Shown here: positions 19,685 through 29,683 of the stretch, one piece after another
Position numbering within the stretch: the stretch's first letter is position 1
Layout: each line of letters opens with the position of its first letter
Origin: Gemmatimonadaceae bacterium
Lineage (GTDB): Bacteria; Gemmatimonadota; Gemmatimonadetes; Gemmatimonadales; Gemmatimonadaceae
Assembly (NCBI GenBank): GCA_044224875.1
Contig: JBGAJQ010000033.1
Location: 1 to 55,542, forward strand
Length of the DNA: 55,542 bases
Reading direction: 5' to 3'
Notes under the pieces: generated by a model
Databases searched by the model: none
The model's input: the letters and a program-made list of their open reading frames with translations, nothing else
What the model was told of the DNA's origin: nothing
Made by a program: the position numbers and the translations under genes

Positions 19685-20126
19685 GAGACTCACTCGTCGA
19701 GGGTTGGAGTGCGACTGGCTCGGCGGATCCATCGGAATGGCCCGCGCCACCAATCACTTGCTCACCCAATCTAACGCCAAATTCACGCGGGCGAGCCACC
19801 GTCCAAAGGCAATCCCCGAGCTCTTAAGCTGTTTTCCGGACTCGGCTTGGACCGCCCCGTCCGGGCGAAGCAGCGCTGCGCATCTGCTGTTTCCTACGCG
19901 CAGCCATCACTGCGTGCACGAGCCCCCCGTCTCGTCGCCGGTGCGAACACGCTCGGTTTGTGCCGCGCTGGTCGAAACGAAACCTGACCCTGTCCGCTTG
20001 GCCTGCTCTCGGTAACCGTTCAGAGGACGTGTTGTGCGCGTCTCGTCCCCCGGTTGACACACCTGTCGCGCTGGCCCTTCGTTCCTCTGCCGCCCCTGTG
20101 AGGTGGCCCTCGCTACAGGATCATCC

Positions 20127-21974
20127 ATGACTGACGTCGCTCACGCTCCCAGCCCCGCGGCCGCGGACGGATCAACCTCTGCTTCCTCCTCCGGCCCCGC
20201 CGCCGCCGGACAGCCGCATCTGGCCCTTCCGGACGAGAATCCGTCGTTCACGAAGGGGCTCTTCCTCGGCGAAATCCGAGAAGACCTCGTCTTTCCCTTC
20301 CCAACGCTTTCCAGCGCCGATGCCGAGTCGCTCTCCCTCGTCCTGGACTCCTTCCGCGCCTTCGCGAGTGAAAATGTCAACGCCCAGCAGCACGATCACG
20401 ACGGCAGGTTCTCCGATGCCGTTCGACAGGGGATGCATGAACTCGGGCTGATGGGAGTGAACATTCCGGAGGCGTATGGCGGCTTTGGTGCGTCGTCGGT
20501 GGTGTTCAATCGCGTGTTTGGTGAGATCGGGGCGACGGACCCGGCGCTGGCCGTGTACTTCGGCGCGCACCAGTCGATTGGGTGCAAGGGCATCGTGCTG
20601 TTCGGAACGGAGGAGCAGAAGCAGCGCTACCTGCCGCGGTGCGCGTCTGGCGAATTGGTGGCCGCGTTCTGCCTGACGGAGCCGGGTTCCGGGTCAGACG
20701 CCCAGGCCATGAAGACAACCGCCGTTCCCAGCGCCGACGGTTCGAGCTATGTGCTGAACGGGACCAAGATCTGGATCTCCAACGCCGGGTACGCTGGCCT
20801 GTTGACCGTCTTTGCGAAGGTGCCCGTGACGGAGGGGGGCAAGCCAAAGGAACGCGTGACGGCCTTTATTGTTGAAGCTGCAACGCCGGGCATTTCGTTG
20901 GGCAAGCTCGAAGAGAAGATGGGGATCAAGGCCAGCGACACCCGAGCGATCTTCTTCGATCAGGTGGTCGTGCCGGCGGCCAATCGGCTGGGCGACGTTG
21001 GGCAGGGATTCAAGATTGCGCTGGAGATTCTGAACTCGGGGCGTTTGGGACTGGCCGCCGGATCGGCGCGAGGGCTGCGCAAGGTGATGAACGAGGCGCT
21101 GGCCTACGCCAAGCAGCGCGAGCAGTTCGGCAGACCCATCGCATCGTTCGAGATGTTGAAGCGCAAGTTCGCGATCGCCGCCGCCGAGTGCTACGCGGCG
21201 GACGCGGCGTGGATGCTGACGGCCTCCATGGTGGACAAGGGGGGCGTCGACTTTTCGTTGGAGACGGCGGCCTGCAAGGTCTTCGCCTCCGAAGCCGCCT
21301 ACCGCGCCAGCAACGAGGCCCAGCAGATCGCCGGCGGGATCGGCTACTCCAAGGAGTTCCCGTACGAGCGGGCGGTACGCGACTCCCGCATCATGCTGAT
21401 CTTCGAGGGGACGAACGAGATCCTCCGGGCACTGGTCGCCCTCATGGGCCTGCAGCAGCCGGGCGAGCGGCTCAAGGCGTTAGGCAAGGCGCTCCAGGAC
21501 CCCATTCATTCGCTGGGCGCGATTGGCAACTACCTGGCGGGGCGTGCCACGAGTACGCTGAACCGCCCGGAGTTCACGAAGGTTCACGCCTTGCTCGAGG
21601 ATGAGGCCGACCTGATCGCCGAGCAGGTGTACGACCTCGCGCGAGCCGTGGAGAAGGCATTGCGCAAGCACGGCAAGAAGATCATCGAGCGCCAGTTCAT
21701 CCAGGAACGTCTGGCCAATGCGGCGATGGACATCTACATCGCAACGGCGACCCTTTCCCGCGTCACGGCGGAGATCGAGCGGGCGCAAGGCAATGCCGAG
21801 ACTGTTGCAGCTGAAATCGACTGCGCCAAGGTGTTCGTCCACATGGCCTATCGACGTACCCGCCGGAACCTTCGAGCGCTGAAGGCGAACCAGGATGACC
21901 GGTTGGCGGCCATCGCCGATCGGGCGGTGGAACGGGGGGACCTGGCGCCAGCGGCGCCCACCGAGCGAGAGTAG
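20127..21974 (+). CDS. Acyl-CoA dehydrogenase (long, ACAD9/VLCAD-like C-terminal extension)
   Basis: AHQSIG, FCLTEPGSGSDA, LNGTKIWISN, KMGIKASDT, QREQFG, IFEGTNEILR. Confidence 0.95.
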   Translation: MTDVAHAPSPAAADGSTSASSSGPAAAGQPHLALPDENPSFTKGLFLGEIREDLVFPFPTLSSADAESLSLVLDSFRAFASENVNAQQHDHDGRFSDAVRQGMHELGLMGVNIPEAYGGFGASSVVFNRVFGEIGATDPALAVYFGAHQSIGCKGIVLFGTEEQKQRYLPRCASGELVAAFCLTEPGSGSDAQAMKTTAVPSADGSSYVLNGTKIWISNAGYAGLLTVFAKVPVTEGGKPKERVTAFIVEAATPGISLGKLEEKMGIKASDTRAIFFDQVVVPAANRLGDVGQGFKIALEILNSGRLGLAAGSARGLRKVMNEALAYAKQREQFGRPIASFEMLKRKFAIAAAECYAADAAWMLTASMVDKGGVDFSLETAACKVFASEAAYRASNEAQQIAGGIGYSKEFPYERAVRDSRIMLIFEGTNEILRALVALMGLQQPGERLKALGKALQDPIHSLGAIGNYLAGRATSTLNRPEFTKVHALLEDEADLIAEQVYDLARAVEKALRKHGKKIIERQFIQERLANAAMDIYIATATLSRVTAEIERAQGNAETVAAEIDCAKVFVHMAYRRTRRNLRALKANQDDRLAAIADRAVERGDLAPAAPTERE

Positions 21975-22105
21975 CTCGCCCGGTAGGCGCCCTCAACGTG
22001 CTCCAGCCCCAAACGGCTATCAGCTTGCAGGATCACGTTAGCCGATGCGGGGTGCTGCACGCGACGTGAACTTTCTACCCGCGACCGGCTCGTTACAAGT
22101 GCGGA

Positions 22106-22609
22106 TCAGTTGCCTCGTGCACGCGCCTTGAGCCCCGCTTCGACCTCGCTCATGGCCAACTTGGCCGGGAGCGTGTTCCCTCGTTCAGATCGGGTGGGCA
22201 CGCGGACCGACGCGACCGACCCGTTAGGCGCCAGGTCCACCACGGCGTAGACCGCGTCCTCGGGACCCTGACGAACTGCGACGACCAGCGTCCACACCCC
22301 GTCCGATGGCCACTGTTTCGTCAGCGCAAACACGCCTGGTCGCGTCGTGCGCTGGAACTCGAGCGATACACTCTTCCGCTCGCCACCCACTAACCCTTCG
22401 GCCGTTCCCGTGACCGGAAAGTCGGTGGGTTGACCATGATGAAAGGCGTGCACCACCAGGAACGCGTTCTTTGTCGTCTGGTCATAGGGGTTCGCTGGGT
22501 ACTCGATGGAGATCCACGGCGGTCCAAACGCAGGGCTCGCAAGTGTCGCTGGACCAGTCGCCGAGAGTGACAGGGCGCACGCCAGCGCCCCGATGGAAAG
22601 TCGGATCAT
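22106..22609 (-). CDS. Hypothetical secreted protein, last gene of the ECF operon
   Basis: Signal peptide; GPPWISIEYPANP; GAGG ribosome-binding site upstream. Confidence 0.8.
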   Translation of the reverse strand: MIRLSIGALACALSLSATGPATLASPAFGPPWISIEYPANPYDQTTKNAFLVVHAFHHGQPTDFPVTGTAEGLVGGERKSVSLEFQRTTRPGVFALTKQWPSDGVWTLVVAVRQGPEDAVYAVVDLAPNGSVASVRVPTRSERGNTLPAKLAMSEVEAGLKARARGN

Positions 22610-22684
22610 GACAACCTCGCTGTTGTGTGTGAGTTGGTGCGCTATCTCGCGAACGTGCGGGCGGCCGTCCCGCGCCAGTCGCGC

Positions 22685-23590
22685 CTAACGGCCCGTAAGC
22701 CGAATACTCCCCTTATAGGTTCGAACCACCATCCTTGCCCCGCCCTGCCCGTAGCTCGTGATCAGCGTGGCCCCGCGTCCGTCGCGGCCGGGCTCCGCCT
22801 GCTTGCGACTCAACTGATTCTCAATGCCTCCGGCCACACTGGCCGCGTCCAGCTCCGCATTGACCCTGGGCTCGAGCCGCAGGTCGATGGCGCCGCTGTG
22901 CGTGTCGAACGAGATCGCGGCCCCCCGAGCGACGTCGCCGGCGAACTCGATACCGCCCGTCACCGACTCGAAGCGGGCGCGATCCAGGGGGCCCCCGCCG
23001 ACCCGGATGTTGCCGCTGACGGTCGTGAACGCGGCGTCGTCGCTTCCCCCGCGCACGGAGATGTCGCCGGCGGCGGTCTTGAGGCGGGCCCACGCGGGAG
23101 ACCCCGCCACGGTCACGTTGCCATCCATGGACTCGATGCTCAGCTCCGACGGGCTCCCCGTCACGGTCACGCTCCCGCTCACCACATTCAGGTCCAACCC
23201 GCCTGTGACGCCGCTGACTTCAATGGAGGCATTCGAGGCCTTGGCCCACAACCGCGTGTTGAGCGGCACACGAACTTCGAGTGAACCCGCCGACGGTCCC
23301 ATGGGCGTGGGCCCCTCCACAAACATCTTTCCGCCACGCGAGGGCGTGCCGTCGGCTCCTCCGAATCCTCCCTCCAATCGGAAGCCCTTAGGCAGCGAAC
23401 CCGTGACCACCACACTGTCCGTACTCCACGCCACCACCTTCAACGAGGCGAAGCTCCCCTGGATGCGGAGGGAGATGTCCGGCGCGGCGGCGCGGCGCAG
23501 GTCAATACGCTGTTGCGCCTGAACACTCGGCACCGCCGTCAGCAACGACGTGGCGGCAGCCCACTGGAGTGCGCGAATCGACGATCGCAT
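22685..23590 (-). CDS. DUF4097-family beta-strand repeat protein
   Basis: Signal peptide; repeated x-S/T-V/M-S/D-G-x-I/V units; start coupled (TGATG) to the anti-sigma stop. Confidence 0.85.
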   Translation of the reverse strand: MRSSIRALQWAAATSLLTAVPSVQAQQRIDLRRAAAPDISLRIQGSFASLKVVAWSTDSVVVTGSLPKGFRLEGGFGGADGTPSRGGKMFVEGPTPMGPSAGSLEVRVPLNTRLWAKASNASIEVSGVTGGLDLNVVSGSVTVTGSPSELSIESMDGNVTVAGSPAWARLKTAAGDISVRGGSDDAAFTTVSGNIRVGGGPLDRARFESVTGGIEFAGDVARGAAISFDTHSGAIDLRLEPRVNAELDAASVAGGIENQLSRKQAEPGRDGRGATLITSYGQGGARMVVRTYKGSIRLTGR

Positions 23591-24315
23591 CAGGCGCGCT
23601 CTACCAATGCCGTCGCGCGGCGAAGGAAGTCGATCTTTTGCCGGTGATTGTTCCGCAGGACATCGCGCAGGGCCACGTTGGCGGGGTCCTGCAAGAGTGC
23701 CTGACGAGCCTCGCTGATGGCTTCGTCGATCACGCGCAGGCTCCGCTCCACGGTCGCCACGGTCTCGGGCGCCAAGCGGGACCGGTCCGCCTCCAGCGTG
23801 GCGCGCAACTGATTGGCGGTGTCGACAAACTCGCGTTCCACGGAGGCGACTTCTGTCGCCGTCGCGGGGGAGACCACGACCGGTGCACCTGACGGCAGTG
23901 TGGCGGTCGCCGGGGCACTGGTGCTCAGGGAAGTGGCCGTAGCCACCGAGGAACCGGCGCGCGGGCCACGCAGCAACAGCGCCGTCGTCCCCGACGACAC
24001 GACCACCAGGAACACCGCCGCGGCGACCAGTCCCGCACGTGTCACGAGCACACCGCGGTCGCCACGTGAAGCACCGGGGAACGGTACGCGCTTGCGGGCG
24101 TCGATGGCCGTCGCAATCTGGCGCCAGGCGTCTGCGGGAGGAGTCACGGACGCCGGCAACTCGCCGGCCTCGGCCACGAGGTCGCGCAAGGCCTCCCATT
24201 GCTCGCGGCAGCCCGCACACTCGTTCAGGTGCGCACGGCTGGCGTCTGCATCCGCGGTCGATAGTCGCCCGCCTAACAGGTCGTTCAGCGTGTCCCAACT
24301 CAGGTGCAATGTCAT
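23590..24315 (-). CDS. Zinc-finger (zf-HC2) anti-sigma factor with one TM helix
   Basis: HLxxxxLxDLLxG...HLNECAGC (HxxxCxxC); hydrophobic LVAAAVFLVVVSSG; directly follows the ECF sigma gene. Confidence 0.9.
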   Translation of the reverse strand: MTLHLSWDTLNDLLGGRLSTADADASRAHLNECAGCREQWEALRDLVAEAGELPASVTPPADAWRQIATAIDARKRVPFPGASRGDRGVLVTRAGLVAAAVFLVVVSSGTTALLLRGPRAGSSVATATSLSTSAPATATLPSGAPVVVSPATATEVASVEREFVDTANQLRATLEADRSRLAPETVATVERSLRVIDEAISEARQALLQDPANVALRDVLRNNHRQKIDFLRRATALVERA

Positions 24316-24908
24316 CGGTCAAGAACCTCCATCAACTGCTTGCGTGCCCGGTGCAGCTGCACCCGCACGGTCGATTCGGCGATACCTAACAATCGGGCAA
24401 TCTCCGCGTGGTCGTACCCTTGGACGTCGTGTAACACAAAGACCTGCCGGGCTCCTGCGCTCAACCGCGGCAGTGCGCGCTCCAGGTCCAACCGCGTGTC
24501 GCTGTCCGTGTCCGTGCCTCGCGGTGCGACCGCGTCGTGCACGGACAGGTCCGTCGCCGTCACCCGTGCTGCGCGACGAGCGTCCTTGCGCCGCGTCTCC
24601 AGGAGTTGGTTGACACACAGGCGATGCACCCACGTTGCGAACGATGATTCTCCCTTGAACTGCGCCAACTTCTCCCAGATTCGCACGTACACGTCCTGCA
24701 ACGCCTCGCTGGCTTCTTGCCGATCGCTCGTCATGCGAACGCACAGGGCATACACGCGACCGGCGGTCGCCTGGTACAGGGCCTCGAAGGCGGCGACATC
24801 ACCCCGCGTGGCGCGCGCGACGAGGTCGGACTCATCCAGCCGAGTGGGTTCGGGATCGGCCGAGGCCATGCAAGAGAGTGGGTGAGGAAATGCCGATGCG
24901 CTAGCCAT
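24312..24908 (-). CDS. ECF RNA polymerase sigma factor (start 24908 or 24869)
   Basis: GDVAAFEALY, EALQDVYVRIW, FKGESSFATWVHRLCVN, VFVLHDVQGYDHAEIARLLGIAESTVRVQLHRAR. Confidence 0.95.
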   Translation of the reverse strand: MASASAFPHPLSCMASADPEPTRLDESDLVARATRGDVAAFEALYQATAGRVYALCVRMTSDRQEASEALQDVYVRIWEKLAQFKGESSFATWVHRLCVNQLLETRRKDARRAARVTATDLSVHDAVAPRGTDTDSDTRLDLERALPRLSAGARQVFVLHDVQGYDHAEIARLLGIAESTVRVQLHRARKQLMEVLDR

Positions 24909-24918
24909 GCATTGGATC

Positions 24919-24946
24919 AGATGTCGAGCGGGCGCCCGGCGTTTAC
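24919..24946 (-). promoter_or_regulatory. Possible ECF-type autoregulatory promoter GTAAAC-N17-CATCT
   Basis: AAC-containing -35 and a CATCT -10 immediately upstream of the sigma gene; pattern match only. Confidence 0.35.
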
Positions 24947-25132
24947 GGTGGGTTTATTGCCGGGCGGGCGGCGACTCGGATGAGGCGATGCGGACCGTCT
25001 CGAGGCCGCGACCCCTGGCGATGCTGCCAGGAAGGGCGTGCGCACCGGATCGATGCCAACGCGCCGCGCATGCGCCTGACGCATGGACGCGCGACCGGTT
25101 ATATCTGCCGAATTCTGCCACCGCTCACGAAC

Positions 25133-25906
25133 ATGACTTCCAACGCGCCCATCGAGCCCGGCACCGTCGACGTGACGATCGAGCACGGAGTCGCCACCGT
25201 CACCTTTGGTCATCCCAAGAGCAATTCCCTCCCCGGTGCCTTGTTACGGGAGCTGGCCCGTACGTTCGACGCGTTGTCGGGGAACGCCATGTGTCGCGTG
25301 GTGGTGTTGCAGAGCGTGGGCGGCTCGACGTTTTGTGCCGGGGCGTCGTTCGATGAGCTGGTCGCGATCAGCAACGAGGAAGAGGGAAAGACGTTCTTCT
25401 CCGGGTTCGCGCACCTTATCCTGGCCATGCGCCGCAGCCCCAAGTTTGTGGTGGCCAAGGTCCAGGGAAAGGCGGCGGGCGGGGGCGTGGGGATGATCGC
25501 GGCGGCCGACTACGCGATCGCTGCGCCCAAGGCGTCGGTCCGCCTGTCGGAGCTGGCGATCGGGATCGGGCCCTTCGTGGTGGGCCCCGTGGTGGAGCGG
25601 CGGATCGGGCACGGACCCTTTGCCGCCATGACGGTGGATGCCGATTGGCGCGACGCGGCGTGGGCACTGCGGCACGGGTTGTATGCGCAGGTGGTGGACA
25701 CCCCGGTCGCCCTGGACACGGTCGTCTCCAATTTCGCCGTGCGGGTCGCCAGCTACAACCCGGAAGCCATGCGGTTGCTGAAGGCGAACTTCTGGGAGGG
25801 GACAGAGAGTTGGGACACCCTCCTTTTCGAGCGTGCGGCGATGTCGGGTCGGCTAGTCCTGTCGGAATACACGAGGAACGCCATTCGCGCATTCGGCAAG
25901 AGCTGA
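25133..25906 (+). CDS. Enoyl-CoA hydratase/isomerase (methylglutaconyl-CoA hydratase-like)
   Basis: HPKSNSLPG, TFCAGASFDEL, VQGKAAGGGVGMIAAADY, LSELAIGIGP. Confidence 0.92.
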   Translation: MTSNAPIEPGTVDVTIEHGVATVTFGHPKSNSLPGALLRELARTFDALSGNAMCRVVVLQSVGGSTFCAGASFDELVAISNEEEGKTFFSGFAHLILAMRRSPKFVVAKVQGKAAGGGVGMIAAADYAIAAPKASVRLSELAIGIGPFVVGPVVERRIGHGPFAAMTVDADWRDAAWALRHGLYAQVVDTPVALDTVVSNFAVRVASYNPEAMRLLKANFWEGTESWDTLLFERAAMSGRLVLSEYTRNAIRAFGKS

Positions 25907-26012
25907 TCCAAACCCAACGGTCATCGCCGCGACGTTAGGCTGCGGAACGCCAATCGCACGTGCGGCAAGAGCTGGTCAGTGCTCAACGGTCATCGGCGCG
26001 ACGACAGGCGGA
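25875..26012. repeat. Degenerate 69-bp tandem duplication covering the 3' end of the hydratase gene
   Basis: 25875-25943 versus 25944-26012 align without gaps at 54/69 identity. Confidence 0.8.
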
Positions 26013-26071
26013 GGACGCACGCCGTGTCGCGGGGCCATGCCTGACCCCGCGTCGGCGGAGCGCGATGCCCG

Positions 26072-28084
26072 TCAATTCGGCGTGAACCCCAGCGCCTTCC
26101 AGATGTCCGCCGTGCGGTACAGCGCCCCCCCCTTCATGACCAGACGCACCGTGCGGACGTTGGCGATGTTCGTGAGGGGATCGGCGTCCAGCACCACGAG
26201 TTCCGCGGCCTTGCCCACCTCCAGCGTTCCGACCCTGCCCTCCATCCCCATGGCGCGCGACGCCGTACCACTCGCCGCGCGCAGCGCGTCACTCGGCGAC
26301 ATGCCGGCCTCGGCGTATAGTTCGATCTCACGGTACACAGAAAAACCTGGAACCCCTTCATCCGTACCGGCGACGACCGGCACACCCGCTCGGTACAACG
26401 CGCCGATCACACCAAGGGTCCGGGCAAGCCGGGCGTGCGCCGTCGCGGTGTCTATGCCCGCTGTGCCCATGGCGCGAATGCGCTGGGCGAGGACGGGCGG
26501 GAGTCGATCCACACCGGGCTGGAACGTGGCGACGGGCTGCGCCACCGAGTGACCAAGAATCTCGCCCCATGAAGCCGTCGGATCGATCACCGTACCCTTC
26601 TTCGCCAGAAACTCGATGATTGCACGCACCGAGTCGGAACTCGCCTCGCCACGTATGGGGAGATGGGCGATCTGATCCTGACCGGAATCCACGGTCGCCC
26701 GGAGCGAGAGCGCGTTAGGCACGTGCCCGGTGACCGTCATGCCGAGTTTGTGCGCCTCGTCGCTGATGGCCGCGACCACGGCCGGCGTCAGGAGCGAGTA
26801 CAGCTTCATCTGTTCGAAGCCAAGGTCGTGATATCGACGGACCGCGGCGCGGCCTTCCTCCGCTGTGGTGGCGTTGATGGCCCCGAACGCATTCGGCCCG
26901 CCCCCATCGATCAACCCAGCCAGCAGCATGCGTGGGCCCAGCCCCTTGCCGGAATCCACGGCGGCGCGGAATGGCAGGATGAAGTCGAGGACGTTGCCCA
27001 TGTCCCGAACCGTGGTAACGCCGGTCGCCAGGTACACCGGTGCCCATTCCCACTGCATGAGGTGGGTGTGCATGTCCCAGAGGCCGGGCGCGATCGTCTT
27101 GCCGCGCACATCGATGCGCGCCGCGCCGGCGGGGATCGTTAGGCTCGCACGCGGACCAATGGCGGTAATGCGCCCTTGCGTGACCAGCACGGTGGCGTCT
27201 GCTATGGCTGGCGCTCCAGTCCCCGAAATGACCGTGGCACCCACCAATGCGACGCTCCCCATGGCCACGGGTGTGACCTTCCGGGTCAGGGACGCCAACT
27301 CGGCCATGCGGTCTCGGGTCGCGCTGGCGCGGAGGCGCGTCCATTCCGGTTCCAGTGCCAGCCGCACGCCCTCCAGGATGAGCCCTCCACCGCCGGCCGT
27401 GGTGAAGCCGGCGAGGCGTCCCTGGGCATCCAGCCACACCGACTCCCATCCCCACACGACGCCGTTTACGGCGTAGCGGGTGAGTATCGCGGAGCTTCCG
27501 TTGGTGGACACCGTATCGCGGCCACGCTCCACGATCTCCACATCGTTGAGTGGACCGCCAGGTACAACCTTCAGCACCGCCGGTCGCCCATGGGACAGCC
27601 AGTAGCGAACGAGCAGCATGTGTTGCGAGATCGGGGACTGCCCAGAGATCCCGAACCACGCGGCCGGCAACTTCACGCGTTCCGGCTGGTTGTTCCTCTC
27701 GACGACCCCCTCGCGCCCGGCGACCGTGATGCTCAACTCGCGCCGGCTCGCCGTGTCCATGAGGCGGGTGACCTCGAGCCGCTTGAGCGCGCCATCCTTG
27801 GCAAGCGTTCCGGCGGCGGCGATGTGCGTCCGGCGACCACGATCGACGTAGTCGAAGTCTGCGGCATACGTTGCACCCGCCATCTCCGGTGTCAGCGACC
27901 ATCGCTCGTGCCCAATGGGATAGCCCATGTAGTAGAGCCGAAGCGTATCGCTGATGGCCCCCGTCGACTGCGCGCGTGCGCATGGTACAAGGAACACGAT
28001 TGCGGCGACTAGGAGTCCCACCGCTGGGCGATTCCGACCACCCCTTAGCACATGCTCCCGGGTGGCACGTGGGCGTTGCGTCAT
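26072..28084 (-). CDS. Secreted metal-dependent amidohydrolase with N-terminal beta-rich domain
   Basis: GKTIAPGLWDMHTH, GVTTVRDMG, VTGH, VVAGTD, GTLEVGKAAELVVLDADP; ATGA coupling with the upstream gene. Confidence 0.92.
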   Translation of the reverse strand: MTQRPRATREHVLRGGRNRPAVGLLVAAIVFLVPCARAQSTGAISDTLRLYYMGYPIGHERWSLTPEMAGATYAADFDYVDRGRRTHIAAAGTLAKDGALKRLEVTRLMDTASRRELSITVAGREGVVERNNQPERVKLPAAWFGISGQSPISQHMLLVRYWLSHGRPAVLKVVPGGPLNDVEIVERGRDTVSTNGSSAILTRYAVNGVVWGWESVWLDAQGRLAGFTTAGGGGLILEGVRLALEPEWTRLRASATRDRMAELASLTRKVTPVAMGSVALVGATVISGTGAPAIADATVLVTQGRITAIGPRASLTIPAGAARIDVRGKTIAPGLWDMHTHLMQWEWAPVYLATGVTTVRDMGNVLDFILPFRAAVDSGKGLGPRMLLAGLIDGGGPNAFGAINATTAEEGRAAVRRYHDLGFEQMKLYSLLTPAVVAAISDEAHKLGMTVTGHVPNALSLRATVDSGQDQIAHLPIRGEASSDSVRAIIEFLAKKGTVIDPTASWGEILGHSVAQPVATFQPGVDRLPPVLAQRIRAMGTAGIDTATAHARLARTLGVIGALYRAGVPVVAGTDEGVPGFSVYREIELYAEAGMSPSDALRAASGTASRAMGMEGRVGTLEVGKAAELVVLDADPLTNIANVRTVRLVMKGGALYRTADIWKALGFTPN

Positions 28085-29574
28085 GGAATCCTTCTGGAGG
28101 ATGAGCGATCGACGGACTTGCCGGTCACCGTCACCACGGCGGTCCACACCTGCTGGGTGCCGGTTCGATTGTCGATCCAAAGCGCGTGGAAGCGCCCATC
28201 CGCGTCGGCGGTGAGCCCGGCGGTGTCCCCTCCCGTCGCCGAGAAGGTACCGACCGCTGGTTGCCATGCGCCTACCTTTTTCGGGTCCGACCGGGCCGGC
28301 TGCTGCTGGCCCTCGTCGTTAGGTGCCGAAGACACCACCACGTCGGGAAGCCAGCTCGTGCCGCCGTCCAGGCTCGCGGTCATGCGAACCTCGTAGCCGT
28401 TCGTTCCCTGACGGGTAAGGCGCGAATACCAAAGCACGGCGACCACTCCCTCACGGTTCACGGCCACCGTCGGCATGAAGCGATCTCCCACGTTTGCCTC
28501 GCCCCCTGCCCCGACGGTCGTGGGTGCATCCCACGTGATGCCGCCGTCTGCCGATACGCTGCGGACAATCACCCCGTGCCCGGAGGAGAAGTCGGACCAC
28601 ACGGCGTACAACCGATCGCGATACGTCGCACTCCCCGGATCTGCAGCGAGACTCGCCGACACACCTCGTGTCCGTGGCGAGTTGTAGCCCGTGACCATGT
28701 TGCCGATTCGCACCGCGGGGGAAAGCGAGGCCCCGCCATCGGTGGAGCGGAATGCCTGCAACCACCCGCCGACCTCGCGAAGCTTCCCGGTGGCCGCGTT
28801 CCCGCCGCCAAGTAGCATGTGATGCTGCAGGACGACGACCGCGCCGGTCGAGAGCACGGCGACACCCGTGGCGAGAGAAGCCGCCGACGTGTCCCGCGAT
28901 TGATCGACCAGGAGGCGGCGCGAGATGCTCGAGAAGGTGCGGCCGCCATCGCGGGAGCCCGCCAGCGTCAACGCATGCCGGAACGTGTCGTTCGCGTGAC
29001 CCCCCGATTCACCGTGCAGGTGCTCATCAAACGCCACGTACAATGTGCCGCGCCGCGGACCGCGCGTCGTATCGACCGCCATGAATGGCCGGTCGTTGGC
29101 CTGCAATGCGTGAATCGCCGGTTCCCAACGCGTGCCGCCATCTGGCGACCGCCGCACATGCAGGGAGTCCGTGTCTGACGATGCGCCGGGCACCATGCCC
29201 GTGCCCGTGTTCGTCTTGGTGATGAAGTAGACTTGTCCGTCAGGTCCAAACGCGCAGGTCGGGTCGTCGGCAAAGTGCTCATCTGCCACCGTGGCCAGGT
29301 GCCACGACGCTCCACCGTCACTCGAGCGATAGGCAACGGAGTTCACGCTCCGCTCCGGCCCATCGCCAAGCATCGAGCAGGCGAGCAACAGCGGGCGCGT
29401 GGGATGGGCCGCCATCACGACTTCGTGATGGTTGACGTCTCCGATGGCCGTGCTGACGTGCACATTCCGGCCGACGACGAGTCGTGGGAGGTCTTGCGCA
29501 GCCGTCCTGACGGACGTCGCCAGCAGCAGCAGTCCAGCGACGGCCAGAGAACACGCTGACGAACCGTTCGGCAT
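28081..29574 (-). CDS. Secreted BNR/Asp-box (sialidase-like) beta-propeller protein
   Basis: Six S-x-D-G-G-x-S/T-W/F Asp-box-like motifs; signal peptide from ATG at 29574. Confidence 0.88.
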   Translation of the reverse strand: MPNGSSACSLAVAGLLLLATSVRTAAQDLPRLVVGRNVHVSTAIGDVNHHEVVMAAHPTRPLLLACSMLGDGPERSVNSVAYRSSDGGASWHLATVADEHFADDPTCAFGPDGQVYFITKTNTGTGMVPGASSDTDSLHVRRSPDGGTRWEPAIHALQANDRPFMAVDTTRGPRRGTLYVAFDEHLHGESGGHANDTFRHALTLAGSRDGGRTFSSISRRLLVDQSRDTSAASLATGVAVLSTGAVVVLQHHMLLGGGNAATGKLREVGGWLQAFRSTDGGASLSPAVRIGNMVTGYNSPRTRGVSASLAADPGSATYRDRLYAVWSDFSSGHGVIVRSVSADGGITWDAPTTVGAGGEANVGDRFMPTVAVNREGVVAVLWYSRLTRQGTNGYEVRMTASLDGGTSWLPDVVVSSAPNDEGQQQPARSDPKKVGAWQPAVGTFSATGGDTAGLTADADGRFHALWIDNRTGTQQVWTAVVTVTGKSVDRSSSRRIP

Positions 29575-29683
29575 GGGCGAGTTCGCGACGGCCCTCGCAA
29601 CCACGACGCGCCACCGGACGCTGCCTAACGCGGCCAGCAGACGGGGCGCCACCGGACGCGATGGCGCCTCGGCCCCGAACCGG

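Noticed and set aside
18342..19799. 485-aa ORF suggesting a long PaaB fusion
   Set aside because: Only the last 94 codons are PaaB; the rest is an alternative frame over paaA.
20054..20085. TTGACA upstream of the acyl-CoA dehydrogenase
   Set aside because: No acceptable -10 element at 16-18 bp spacing.
22685..24322. 545-aa ORF spanning the anti-sigma gene
   Set aside because: The real gene starts at 23590, coupled to the anti-sigma stop; the upstream part is an off-frame overlap.
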